A DNA stretch of 64,000 nt. Source: Parcubacteria group bacterium (lineage in GTDB: Bacteria; Patescibacteriota; Minisyncoccia; Moranbacterales; UBA11712). The notes under the pieces were generated by a model. That model worked only from the letters and a program-made list of their open reading frames with translations. It had not been told where the DNA came from and searched no databases. Of the stretch, positions 55,100 through 64,000 are shown piece by piece (the stretch's first letter is position 1; each line of letters opens with the position of its first letter). The DNA lies in the NCBI GenBank assembly GCA_041659685.1, contig JBAZXV010000004.1:6355-70354 (forward strand), read 5' to 3'. A program made the position numbers and the translations under genes.

Positions 55100-56173
55100 A
55101 TGAAAAACAAAAAAAACAAAGAAAATAATGTCAAAAAAATATTTCTTGTTGTTTTGCTGGCCATCGCAATTGGCTTAATTTCTCTGTTCACGGATTCGAA
55201 GACAAGAGCGGCTTTGGACGGGTGGGGAGCGGGAATTTGGAATAATTATATTGCGGGGCACGCGGAAAATGATTCCAGTATACCTCCGACAATCGGATGG
55301 CTGAAATCAAGTTCGAGCGTCAATGGCCCTTGTCTTAAGACTGCCGATAGCGCCGAATATGAAGTTTATTTTGAAAATACCGATTTGGGCGAAAATGTCC
55401 GTTACGTGAGCGGGAAGGCCTGGTTTGGTATCGGATCTCAATCTGATTCCGGAGCGGACTGCCAGGAAGATCTTCCTTCCTTAGGCTGGCTTAATTTTGG
55501 AGGCGATCCGGGATCATTTTGCAGCGGACAGGGTGATTGCCATGCTGCCAGATGGCATAAAACGGGAGGTGATGATTATACGGGATATCTTGACGGCTAT
55601 GCGAAAATAGAATCAATGGGAGACAGCGGCTGGATCAGGTTAAGAGGTGATAATAATGGCGAAAAATACAAGGTGATGATGGATAGCTCCGGTGTTCTTT
55701 CAGGATATGCGTGGAGTTCAGGGGAAGAGAATACTATTTCGGGAAATTCAGGGCTTGGATGGATAAAAATGGATGGGCTTCAAATTGCCGAATGTGATCT
55801 GACTTGCGTGCCTAAAAAACTTTGCCAGGGAAGTTCTTTTTCCGGAACAAGTTGCAGCGATTTTTGCAGTTACGGTTCCACTTGCGCTCCCGACCTCGAC
55901 GGAGAGACAAGTTTTACGAATTGGACTTGTACTCGTGGCTGCGGTTCGAAATCCTGCGAACCTGAAATAATTGTTCCTGAAAACGGAGTGTGCGGACCAG
56001 TTGACTATATATGCGATAGAAACGTTGATGAGAGCAAGCTCTGTGCCAGCGGCACAGCCTCGGTGCCGACATATTATGAAAAAACCGCTTCGTGGACTTG
56101 CGGCAATGACTGCGGCGAAAAAGTGACATGCAGCGCGGCAACTCAATGCGGATGGATCGAAACAAATCCCTAA
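55100..56173 (+). CDS. second large GW-repeat Cys-rich protein ending in CGWIETNP
   Basis: N-terminal TM; SLGWLNFGGDPG, SGWIRLRGDNNG, GYAWSSGEEN..GLGWIKMDG; C-terminal GWIETNP. Confidence 0.6.
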   Translation: MKNKKNKENNVKKIFLVVLLAIAIGLISLFTDSKTRAALDGWGAGIWNNYIAGHAENDSSIPPTIGWLKSSSSVNGPCLKTADSAEYEVYFENTDLGENVRYVSGKAWFGIGSQSDSGADCQEDLPSLGWLNFGGDPGSFCSGQGDCHAARWHKTGGDDYTGYLDGYAKIESMGDSGWIRLRGDNNGEKYKVMMDSSGVLSGYAWSSGEENTISGNSGLGWIKMDGLQIAECDLTCVPKKLCQGSSFSGTSCSDFCSYGSTCAPDLDGETSFTNWTCTRGCGSKSCEPEIIVPENGVCGPVDYICDRNVDESKLCASGTASVPTYYEKTASWTCGNDCGEKVTCSAATQCGWIETNP

Positions 56174-56236
56174 TGAGCCATATGGCGCATAACGCGAATA
56201 CATAATCCGGAGGAAGTTAGTTGTAATCAACAAGTT

Positions 56237-56968
56237 ATGAAAAAAAAGAAACGAGCGACAGCAAAAATTTATAATCGCCTATCTTTCTGGCTCGGGGTTA
56301 TGGTTCTTGGAATACTAGTCGGCGTTTCCATTCAATTTGGCCGCGCCTGGGTTGAGCCTTCTTCGATGAATCCGCCCGAAGGCAACATCGCCGCGCCGAT
56401 CAACACGGGGGCGGGCAAGCAGTTGAAAACGGGAACTGCGTCCAATCCGGCAGACATCTGCGTGGATAAGTTCGGAAATGGCGATGAAAAATGTCTGGGT
56501 GATCTGGTCACTTTTCCGGCCTGCACTATGGCAGGTGGCATGCCGATTACGGTTGGCTCAACCACTATTTGCAAATTCCCGGGAGCCAGCTGTCACGATA
56601 CAGAAGTTAATGGCGCCGTAGTTCACTGGATCCAATATTTGAATTATACCGAAACGACGGCACAAACTTGCACGGGAGCGGGCGGTTGCGGAACCAGTGC
56701 CACCAGTGGTTCTCACTTTTTCGACAATATTGACCCGGCAACGGAAGCGAAGCCGTATTATAGCGGCGAGATAAGAAATGTGACATGCGGTTGCGACAGT
56801 GACAGCGTCTGTTCGTATTATGTTTATCAAAATTGGGGGTCCGGTTGGCATTGGGGATGCGCGGGCTATAATCCTCCAGTATGTTGGAACTGTGATACCT
56901 GCGTGAAAAGCGACATTCCCAGTACCTGTAATTCGAATGTTACGCAAGTTGGATGCGTTCCAAATTAA
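56237..56968 (+). CDS. family A protein A4
   Basis: VSIQFGRAWVEPSSMNPPEGNIAAPINTGAGKQLKTG + the shared core DLVTFPACTMAGGMPITVGSTTICKFPGASC. Confidence 0.6.
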   Translation: MKKKKRATAKIYNRLSFWLGVMVLGILVGVSIQFGRAWVEPSSMNPPEGNIAAPINTGAGKQLKTGTASNPADICVDKFGNGDEKCLGDLVTFPACTMAGGMPITVGSTTICKFPGASCHDTEVNGAVVHWIQYLNYTETTAQTCTGAGGCGTSATSGSHFFDNIDPATEAKPYYSGEIRNVTCGCDSDSVCSYYVYQNWGSGWHWGCAGYNPPVCWNCDTCVKSDIPSTCNSNVTQVGCVPN

Positions 56969-56982
56969 TTTATATTTATTTT

Positions 56983-57819
56983 ATGGAAAATCACAAAAAA
57001 TACATTTATATAGCAATCGCCATTTTCTTTTTTTTGCTTACCGGATTGGTTTTGTTTCAGCAAAAGATGATTTCCAATTTAAATAGTAAAGTCGGGAAGA
57101 TTGGACAAGCTGGATCAGGCAATCAGGTCAACATGGATACGAGTAAGAAAACTATTGTAGCGGCCGTCAAAAAGACCATAACGGAAAACGCAAACTCGGT
57201 AGAGGGGATTATTCGGTCAAAAACGGAAAATTCATTTGTGATTGATGCGGAGGTTGCCGATATCTCAAAGCTAGAAGGCCAAAAAGAAGAAAATTTAATT
57301 AAAGGAGATTCTTTGCCAAAAATAAAAAAAAGCTTCACCGTGGTCGTAAACGATCAAACCCATTTTCCTGACATAGGAAAGATCGGTTTCAAGCAAATTC
57401 CAGTCGGAGTGAAAGTTAGAGTGATGTGCGGTCAATCAGTCTATATTTCTGACAATCTGACAGCGTCCGAGATATATATTCTCACAAAGCTGAATATCCC
57501 TCCCTCAGAATATATCAAGCAGGAAAAAGATATTGCCGGCAAAATAACTGAAATTAATGAAAAATATCTCAAAATTGAAGTTAATTGGCTGGTTTATTCA
57601 AAAGATGTTGAGCCAAATAGGGAAAAATTTTGGGAGAATCCGACAGTGACTAAGGAATATAAGGTTAATATCGATGATAAAACCATCTTCCAAGGTGACC
57701 GGAACAGCCTCAAGGTTAATGACGTGGTTAAAGCTTTTTCAGCAACGCCGACCTTTTCTTTGACTGAGTTTACTGCGACGAAGATTGAGTGGCCGGTTCA
57801 AATGACGACGGCTGAATAG
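56983..57819 (+). CDS. family B protein B4
   Basis: MENHKKYIYIAIAIFFFLLTGLVLFQQ; NSLKVNDVVKAFS..FSLTEFTATKIEWPVQ. Confidence 0.55.
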   Translation: MENHKKYIYIAIAIFFFLLTGLVLFQQKMISNLNSKVGKIGQAGSGNQVNMDTSKKTIVAAVKKTITENANSVEGIIRSKTENSFVIDAEVADISKLEGQKEENLIKGDSLPKIKKSFTVVVNDQTHFPDIGKIGFKQIPVGVKVRVMCGQSVYISDNLTASEIYILTKLNIPPSEYIKQEKDIAGKITEINEKYLKIEVNWLVYSKDVEPNREKFWENPTVTKEYKVNIDDKTIFQGDRNSLKVNDVVKAFSATPTFSLTEFTATKIEWPVQMTTAE

Positions 57820-57868
57820 AGAGAAAATTCCATGTTTTTAGAAATAATTACTCCTAACATTAAGTATT

Positions 57869-58525
57869 ATGAAAAGAAAAATAAAAAATATAAAATTCCA
57901 CCAAAAGATTACTTTTTGGGTCAGCGTCCTGTTTCTTGGAATACTGGTCGGCGTTTCCATTCAATTCGGCCGCGCTTGGGTTGAGCCTTCCGGAACTCCT
58001 CCGGACGGAAATATCGCCGCGCCAATCAACACGGGGGCGGGCAAGCAAGTCAAAGAAGGAGATATTTGCACCACTGTAACTGGAACGGAGATATGCCTTA
58101 GCGGAGTCGTGAGTTTTCCAACTTGCACTCTCGCGGGCGGCGTTCCGACAACAGTTGGAACAGCGACAATTTGCAAATTCCCCGGCGCCTCATGCCCCTC
58201 AGGATGGAGACAATATTTGAATTATACCGAAACTGCGCCTCGCACTTGCACCGGTGGGGGCAGTTGCGGAACCAGCGTCACGAGCGGATCTCATTCTTTC
58301 GCCAATATTGATCCGGCAACGGAAGCCAGAAGCTATAGTGACGGATCAACCGAATCATTCTCATGCGGATGTTCTTCTTGTTGCACGGGTATGTGCAGCG
58401 GACCGAATGGCTGGATTGTTTGCTGTGGATATGACACTTGCGGCTGCAGTACTTGTTCCCGTTGCGTGGCTACTCCTCGGACTTGTTTGCCGAGTGTCAG
58501 TTTTGCCGGATGCGTCACTAATTAA
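57869..58525 (+). CDS. family A protein A5
   Basis: VSIQFGRAWVEPSGTPPDGNIAAPINTGAGKQVKEGD + the shared core; its Cys-rich tail differs from A3 and A4. Confidence 0.6.
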   Translation: MKRKIKNIKFHQKITFWVSVLFLGILVGVSIQFGRAWVEPSGTPPDGNIAAPINTGAGKQVKEGDICTTVTGTEICLSGVVSFPTCTLAGGVPTTVGTATICKFPGASCPSGWRQYLNYTETAPRTCTGGGSCGTSVTSGSHSFANIDPATEARSYSDGSTESFSCGCSSCCTGMCSGPNGWIVCCGYDTCGCSTCSRCVATPRTCLPSVSFAGCVTN

Positions 58526-58539
58526 ATATTTTTATACAT

Positions 58540-59361
58540 ATGGAAAATCGAACGAAATTCATTATTGTAATTGCCCTTGGAATAACTTTAGTCTTAATCG
58601 GCATCTTATTCGCTTATCAGCAAAAAACGATAACGAATCTGAAAAACGAAGTGAGTGGAATAAAAAAAGACACTTTAAACGATCAGAAAGCGGCCTTAAG
58701 CAGTCCATTTTCAGTAAAAGCTGTTCAAAATACGATAACTGACAATACGAGAAAAATAAAGGGGGTGATAACGGCCAAGAATGAAAATTTGCTTGATGTT
58801 GAAGCAGAAATAGTTGATTTCTCGAAGCTTCCGATGTTAAAAGAGGAAAGCCTGCTGGGGAGTGAAAATTCCCTTCCAAAGATAAAGAAAGACTACAAGG
58901 TGGCAGTCAATGACAAAACCCAATATCCATCAATGGAATATGAAAATTTGTCCGTCGGCATGAAAGTCTCCGTGACTTCGGATGAGCTGGTTTACAAAAG
59001 TGATGATCTGACCGCATCTGAAATTATTATTCCAGTTGCTGTGAAGGCTCCTCTGGGGGATTTCTTGAAGGCAGAAAAAAAAATAAACGGGCAAGTTAAG
59101 GAAATGAATAATAAATACTTGATTGTCGAGGTGCATTGGATGGACTACTCAAAGGTGACTGATCCCAAGAATATAGATTTCGCTGCGGCACCGACAATAA
59201 TTAAAGAATATAAAATATTTATCAACAGCGACACGGTTTTCCCTAATGGAAAAAATGATTTGAAGACCGGGGATAATGTCACTGCCCATTCGGATAATCC
59301 GACATTCTCCGTTACGGAGTTCACGGCGACAAAAATTGAAGGGCCGATTCAGCCGCAATAA
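58540..59361 (+). CDS. family B protein B5
   Basis: MENRTKFIIVIALGITLVLIGILFAYQQ; NDLKTGDNVTAHS..FSVTEFTATKIEGPIQ. Confidence 0.55.
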   Translation: MENRTKFIIVIALGITLVLIGILFAYQQKTITNLKNEVSGIKKDTLNDQKAALSSPFSVKAVQNTITDNTRKIKGVITAKNENLLDVEAEIVDFSKLPMLKEESLLGSENSLPKIKKDYKVAVNDKTQYPSMEYENLSVGMKVSVTSDELVYKSDDLTASEIIIPVAVKAPLGDFLKAEKKINGQVKEMNNKYLIVEVHWMDYSKVTDPKNIDFAAAPTIIKEYKIFINSDTVFPNGKNDLKTGDNVTAHSDNPTFSVTEFTATKIEGPIQPQ

Positions 59362-59427
59362 TCGGGCGAAAATAGCGGCATAAATCTGAAATTGATATGC
59401 CGGCTGATAAATTGCCAGGAAATAGTG

Positions 59428-59456
59428 TTGACAATTTATGTTCAATTCTATATTAT
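59428..59456 (+). promoter_or_regulatory. sigma70-like promoter upstream of rpsL
   Basis: TTGACA-17 nt-TATTAT. Confidence 0.5.
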
Positions 59457-59594
59457 AAGTCTTGCTAGCTGACTGGCAGTTTTATTTATGAATAAAAATA
59501 AAATCTGGCGGGCTAAGTAAATATAAAATTTTACATTTTTGAATTTAGATCGCCTGCAACGTTTTATGCCGTGATGCGGTCAGACGAAATACAC

Positions 59595-60008
59595 ATGCCA
59601 ACAATAAATCAACTGAAAAAAAGACCCAGAAAGGTCCAGAAGAATAAAACGAAATCGCCTGCAATGACGAGGATTTTTAATACGCTCAAAAATCGGCCGG
59701 TTGAAACAAACAGCCCTTTTAAGCGCGGCGTTTGCGTCAAAGTGTCGACCACAACTCCAAAAAAACCGAATTCCGCCCTGCGAAAGATTGCCAGGGTGCG
59801 GCTTACGAACGGAATGGAAGTGACGGCTTATATTCCCGGAATCGGACACAATCTTCAGGAACACTCGATTGTTATGATTCGCGGAGGAAGAGTGCCGGAT
59901 CTTCCGGGAGTTCGCTATCACGTTGTGCGCGGAGTATTGGACAGCGCCGGGGTTACGGACCGAAAAAGAGGAAGATCGAAATACGGAGCGAAACGGCCAA
60001 AAGCCTAA
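59595..60008 (+). CDS. rpsL: 30S ribosomal protein S12 (with a ~12-aa insertion after the N-terminal basic segment)
   Basis: [13 protein letters not shown]...[49 protein letters not shown]. Confidence 0.9.
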   Translation: MPTINQLKKRPRKVQKNKTKSPAMTRIFNTLKNRPVETNSPFKRGVCVKVSTTTPKKPNSALRKIARVRLTNGMEVTAYIPGIGHNLQEHSIVMIRGGRVPDLPGVRYHVVRGVLDSAGVTDRKRGRSKYGAKRPKA

Positions 60009-60145
60009 AATGCAAAATGCAAATCTCAAAATTGAAAATGACAGTGTAAAATGTTAAAATGCGTTGAATTATAAAATCATTTTAGCATCGAATAATTTTG
60101 AACTTTGCATTGTCATTTTTCATTTTGATTTTTGAATTTTTAATT
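60009..60145. repeat. imperfect palindrome H7 (aaatgcaaa/gaaaatgacag words) between rpsL and rpsG
   Basis: aaatgcaaaatgcaaatctcaaaattgaaaatgacagtg...ctttgcattgtcatttttcattttgatttttgaattttt. Confidence 0.6.
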
Positions 60146-60158
60146 TAGCGAAGCGATT

Positions 60159-60626
60159 ATGCCACGAAGAAAAAGAGTTTATCGAAAAAATTGGAAACCT
60201 GATTCAAAATACGGAAGTCTTATTGTCGGAAGATTTGTCGGTCATTTGATGGAGAGGGGTAAAAGGAGTATCGCGGAAAAAATAATCCATGACTCTTTTG
60301 AGGCGATTCATGAAAGGACAAAAAAGGGAGGTCTTAACGTTTTTGAACAAGCGATCAAGAATGTTTCTCCGTTGGTTGAGCTTAAGTCGCGCCGGATCGG
60401 GGGCGCTAACTATCAGGTTCCGGTTCAAGTTTTGGGCGACCGAAGATCGACTTTGGCCATCAGGTGGATTATCAGCGCCGCAAGGAATAAAAAAGGAAAA
60501 AAAATATCGGAGAAGCTAGCCGACGAACTGATTGACGCTTCTCAAAAACAAGGCTCCGCAATGAAGAAGAGGGAAGATACCCATCGAATGGCGGAGGCAA
60601 ACAAGGCATTTGCCCATTTCGCGTAA
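60159..60626 (+). CDS. rpsG: 30S ribosomal protein S7
   Basis: MPRRKRV..KYGS..V.RF...M..GKRS.AEKI...A...; canonical S7. Confidence 0.9.
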   Translation: MPRRKRVYRKNWKPDSKYGSLIVGRFVGHLMERGKRSIAEKIIHDSFEAIHERTKKGGLNVFEQAIKNVSPLVELKSRRIGGANYQVPVQVLGDRRSTLAIRWIISAARNKKGKKISEKLADELIDASQKQGSAMKKREDTHRMAEANKAFAHFA

Positions 60627-60785
60627 TTTCGTTGCGCAAAATGGAATTTCCAATAACCAAATCCCAATCTCCAGATAAATCCCAATGACAAATGACTAAA
60701 TAACCAAAAGTTTGGTGATTGAAAAATTGGTTATTGAATATTATTTGATTACTGGTGCTTGATTATTGGAATTTTAGACAATTTT

Positions 60786-62873
60786 ATGGCACGAAAATAC
60801 CCAATCGAAAAATACCGAAATATCGGGATTATAGCTCATATTGACGCCGGTAAAACTACTACCACCGAGCGTGTTTTATTTTATACCGGAATTTCCCATA
60901 AGATTGGCGAGGTTCACGAAGGGGAGGCGACGATGGACTGGATGGAGCAAGAGAAAGAAAGAGGGATTACCATAACAAGCGCCGCCACCACTTGTTTTTG
61001 GCGGGATTGCCAGATTAATATTATCGATACCCCGGGGCACGTTGATTTTACGGTTGAGGTGGAAAGAAGTCTTCGGGTCCTTGACGGAGGCGTTGTGGTT
61101 TTTGACGGTAAGGAAGGAGTAGAGCCGCAATCGGAAACTGTCTGGAGGCAGGCCGACAAGTATAACGTTCCAAGACTTTGTTTTATAAATAAAATTGACA
61201 AGGAAGGGGCGGATTTTTTCTTTTCCCTGAATTCGATTTGGAATCGGCTTAGTCCCAAGGCGGTGGCTATTCAGCTGCCCATCGGCCAAAGGAACGAGTT
61301 CAAGGGGGTTGTGGATCTTATGAAGATGAAAGCCCTCTATTTTGAGGGCGATAAAGGCGAAATCGTAAGGGAAGATGAAATTCCTGCGGATCTTGCGGAT
61401 CTGGCGAAAGAATGGCGGGAAAAAATGTCGGAAAGAGTTGCTGAAACAGACGATGCTCTCACGGAAAAATTCCTGAGCGGAGAAGAAATATCGACGGATG
61501 AACTTAAATCGGCCCTAAGAAAAGCAACGGTGTCGGGAAAACTATATCCTGTTTACACCGGAACGGCCCTTCGAAATAAAGGCGTTCAGCCTGTTCTTGA
61601 CGGGGTTGTCGAATATTTGCCTTCTCCCGCTGATATTCCTCCGGCAAAGGGGATTAATGAGAAAACAGGCGAGGAGATCGAAGTAAAAATTGGTGATGAA
61701 GAGCCTTTTTCCGCTTTGGCGTTTAAGGTGGCGACTGATCCTTTTGTGGGGCAGCTTACGTTCTTCCGTGTTTATTCCGGTATGGTCAAAGCAGGATCCT
61801 ATGTCTTGAATTCGACCAAGGGGGAGAGAGAAAGAATTGGAAGGATCCTTCAAATGCATGCCAATCACAGAGAGGAAGTGCAGGAACTATATTCGGGAGG
61901 AATTGGAGCTTTGGTGGGAATGAAATATACAAAAACCGGCGATACTCTTTGCGATCCGGATAAGCCGATAGTGCTTGAATCCATAACTTTTCCGGAACCG
62001 GTTATTAATATTGCAATCGAACCGAAGACAAAAGCCGATCAGGAAAAAATGGGCGTAGCCCTCAGAAAACTTTCCGAAGAAGATCCGACTTTCCGTGTTC
62101 ACACGGATGAGGAAACCGGACAGACGATTATTGAAGGGATGGGAGAACTCCATCTGGATATTATCGTTGACCGGATGAAGCGGGAATTCAAAGTTGAGGC
62201 GAATGTCGGCCGTCCGCAGGTGGCTTACCGCGAGACAATCAAAAAAACGGCTGAAGCGGAAGGAAAATACATCCGCCAATCAGGCGGTCGCGGCCAATAC
62301 GGACATTGCTGGCTTCGCATAGAACCGAATGAACAGGGCAAGGGATTTGAGTTTATAAATGAAATTAAGGGAGGCGTCATTCCTCAGGAATTCATTCCGG
62401 CTATTGAAAAAGGATCGAAAGAAGCGCTTGGGAACGGTATTGTCGCCGGCTATCCGATGGTTGACGTTAAAGTTGCGGTATATGACGGTTCTTTTCACGA
62501 TGTTGATTCTTCGGAAGCCGCCTTTAAGATTGCCGGGTCATTTGCGGTCCAGGAAGCGGCGAAGAGGGCGAATCCTGTTATTCTCGAACCGATTATGAAA
62601 GTAAGCGTGACAACCCCGGAGCAGTTTATGGGGGATGTCGTTGGCGATATTAATTCCAAGCGCGGCCAAATTATGGATATTGAAGACAGAGGAGAAGGCA
62701 ACGCCCGGGTAAAAGTGATCAATTGTCTTGTTCCGCTTGCCTCAATGTTCGGATATGCCACGCAACTCCGTTCAATGTCTCAGGGGCGAGCCAGTTACAG
62801 CATGGAATTTGAACATTACGAAGAAGTCCCTAAGAATGTGGCGGAAGAAATCAAAACCGGAGGAAAAAAGTAA
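60786..62873 (+). CDS. fusA: elongation factor G
   Basis: [32 protein letters not shown]; 696 aa from the ATG at 60786. Confidence 0.95.
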   Translation: MARKYPIEKYRNIGIIAHIDAGKTTTTERVLFYTGISHKIGEVHEGEATMDWMEQEKERGITITSAATTCFWRDCQINIIDTPGHVDFTVEVERSLRVLDGGVVVFDGKEGVEPQSETVWRQADKYNVPRLCFINKIDKEGADFFFSLNSIWNRLSPKAVAIQLPIGQRNEFKGVVDLMKMKALYFEGDKGEIVREDEIPADLADLAKEWREKMSERVAETDDALTEKFLSGEEISTDELKSALRKATVSGKLYPVYTGTALRNKGVQPVLDGVVEYLPSPADIPPAKGINEKTGEEIEVKIGDEEPFSALAFKVATDPFVGQLTFFRVYSGMVKAGSYVLNSTKGERERIGRILQMHANHREEVQELYSGGIGALVGMKYTKTGDTLCDPDKPIVLESITFPEPVINIAIEPKTKADQEKMGVALRKLSEEDPTFRVHTDEETGQTIIEGMGELHLDIIVDRMKREFKVEANVGRPQVAYRETIKKTAEAEGKYIRQSGGRGQYGHCWLRIEPNEQGKGFEFINEIKGGVIPQEFIPAIEKGSKEALGNGIVAGYPMVDVKVAVYDGSFHDVDSSEAAFKIAGSFAVQEAAKRANPVILEPIMKVSVTTPEQFMGDVVGDINSKRGQIMDIEDRGEGNARVKVINCLVPLASMFGYATQLRSMSQGRASYSMEFEHYEEVPKNVAEEIKTGGKK

Positions 62874-62980
62874 GTTTCTGCAAACTGCAAATCATGCCCG
62901 GATAAAATTTATGTTATTCGGATTTATCGCAAGATATCGATTCATGTGTTCGCATAAAGTGGTAATTTGAAAAGAAATCC

Positions 62981-63247
62981 ATGCTTTCTGAAAATCTGAA
63001 AAATATAATAAAAAAAACCGGAGGAAAGTTCATTATCATTGAAAATGAAAGACCCGAATTCGTCGTGATGGGCTGGGACGAATATGAAAAGAGCTGTTTA
63101 TCCTCGAAAGCGATCCAATTATTGACAGAAGAAGAGCTTATTGATAAGATTAATTCCGATATTGCAATGTGGCGGGAAAACAAAGAGGATGCGAAAGAAG
63201 ATCTCATAAGTGAAATTGAAAAGCTGGAAGATATTGAATATATTTGA
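62981..63247 (+). CDS. Phd/YefM-like antitoxin-fold small protein
   Basis: 88 aa; FIIIENERPEFVVMGWDEYEKS resembles the YefM pattern (P..I....G...AVLLS.EEYE.L); acidic C-terminus. No cognate toxin gene seen. Confidence 0.35.
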   Translation: MLSENLKNIIKKTGGKFIIIENERPEFVVMGWDEYEKSCLSSKAIQLLTEEELIDKINSDIAMWRENKEDAKEDLISEIEKLEDIEYI

Positions 63248-63441
63248 ACGCGAACAGCAGAAGCGAACAAATACGAATATTTCTGAGAAATTTGCGCATA
63301 TTTGGTTTAAGTTTAAGGGGACTTGCCAAATTTTAATAAGTAGTTTAAAATGTTTTCGTAGGTATTCTAATACCAAAATCTAATAAATAAGTAAATTTAA
63401 CGAATTGGCATGAATTCGAATTGGTTCTATGTCACTTCGGA

Positions 63442-64000
63442 AAGAAAAAATATGGCGGCAGTATTCGAAAGAACAAAACCTCATGTAAACGTCGGAACAA
63501 TCGGTCACGTCGACCACGGCAAGACAACTCTTACCGCGGCGATTTTGCACGTTCTCAGTTTTCTTGGGCAGGCTCAGGAAAAAGGCGTCGATGAAATCGA
63601 CAAGGCTCCTGAAGAAAGAGAACGCGGAATAACAATCGCTACGGCTCACTGCGAATATGAATCCGAAAAGAGGCATTACGCCCACGTAGATTGTCCGGGA
63701 CATGCCGATTACATCAAAAACATGATTACTGGCGCCGCTCAGATGGATGGAGCCATATTGGTTGTGAGTGCGACTGATGGTCCGATGCCGCAAACCAGAG
63801 AGCATATTTTGCTCGCAAAACAGGTCGGTGTTCCGGCAATTGTGGTATTTCTGAATAAAGTCGATATGGTGGATGATCCGGAATTGGTTGACCTGGTTGA
63901 AGCGGAAGTACGCGAACTGCTTACGAAATATGAATTTGACGGAGATAACGCTTCCATTATCCGCGGTTCTGCCTTGAAAGCTCTCGAAACCAAGAGTAAA
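63442..64000 (+). CDS. tuf: elongation factor Tu (5' part; continues beyond window)
   Basis: [31 protein letters not shown]; the frame is open to the window end, and it is absent from the ORF track only because no stop lies inside the window. Confidence 0.9.

Noticed and set aside
48400-59400. Diversity-generating retroelement or CRISPR explanation for the variable paralogue array
   Set aside because: There is no reverse transcriptase (no YxDD-containing ORF), no template/variable repeat pair beyond ordinary paralogy, no direct-repeat/spacer structure, and no cas genes anywhere in the window.

Overview
Low-GC genome segment carrying many split or extended genes, long hairpin-rich intergenic regions and many small hypothetical ORFs. 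All homology calls are made by eye from the six-frame translations; no searches were run.

Reading left to right:
- 1-24 kb is a conserved core: rpsU 3' end, yqeY, ybeY, dgkA, ftsA, ftsZ, nrdR, nrdD, nrdG, apbE, yggU, a comEC split into two ORFs, capA, an extended adk, thyA, an rRNA-IVS-type four-helix-bundle gene, folA, an HD hydrolase, and on the minus strand a serB-like HAD hydrolase and an M24 peptidase. Nearly every junction carries a long imperfect palindrome built from short tandem words.
- 24-35 kb looks accessory. It holds a prephenate-dehydratase-like gene and a TyrA-PDT fusion preceded by a Phe/Tyr/Trp-rich leader peptide plus terminator, and a LeuA/CimA-family synthase preceded by an Ile-rich leader peptide plus terminator. 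It also holds a ROK kinase, a 3.5 kb stretch with no convincing genes, and a tRNA-Pro(GGG).
- 35-48 kb: a class I methyltransferase, an alpha/beta hydrolase, a PyrD-like TIM-barrel protein, an ABC-2 exporter pair, an M23 peptidase, a large secreted beta-propeller-like protein, an ECF sigma factor with a downstream membrane protein, a SHOCT protein and a CxxC membrane protein.
- 48.4-59.4 kb is the most unusual part. It is a tandem array of five two-gene cassettes. Gene A is a signal-anchored protein with a conserved Q-F-x-[RK]-A-W-[TV]-E-P-[ST]-x-[TA]-P-P-x-G-N-[LIV]-[GA]-A-P-[IL]-N-T-[GS] N-module and a variable Cys-rich C-terminus. Gene B is a bitopic protein with tandem DUF5666-like 'DLKVGD' beta domains. 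Two larger GW-repeat proteins ending in GWIETNP are interleaved, and rpmB and an M50 site-2 protease sit inside the array. A sixth orphan A gene lies at 11.4 kb. I could not place this family in any described secretion, pilin or sorting-signal class.
- 59.5-64 kb: rpsL, rpsG, fusA, a Phd/YefM-like small gene, and the 5' part of tuf.

No CRISPR array, IS transposase, integrase or reverse transcriptase was seen.
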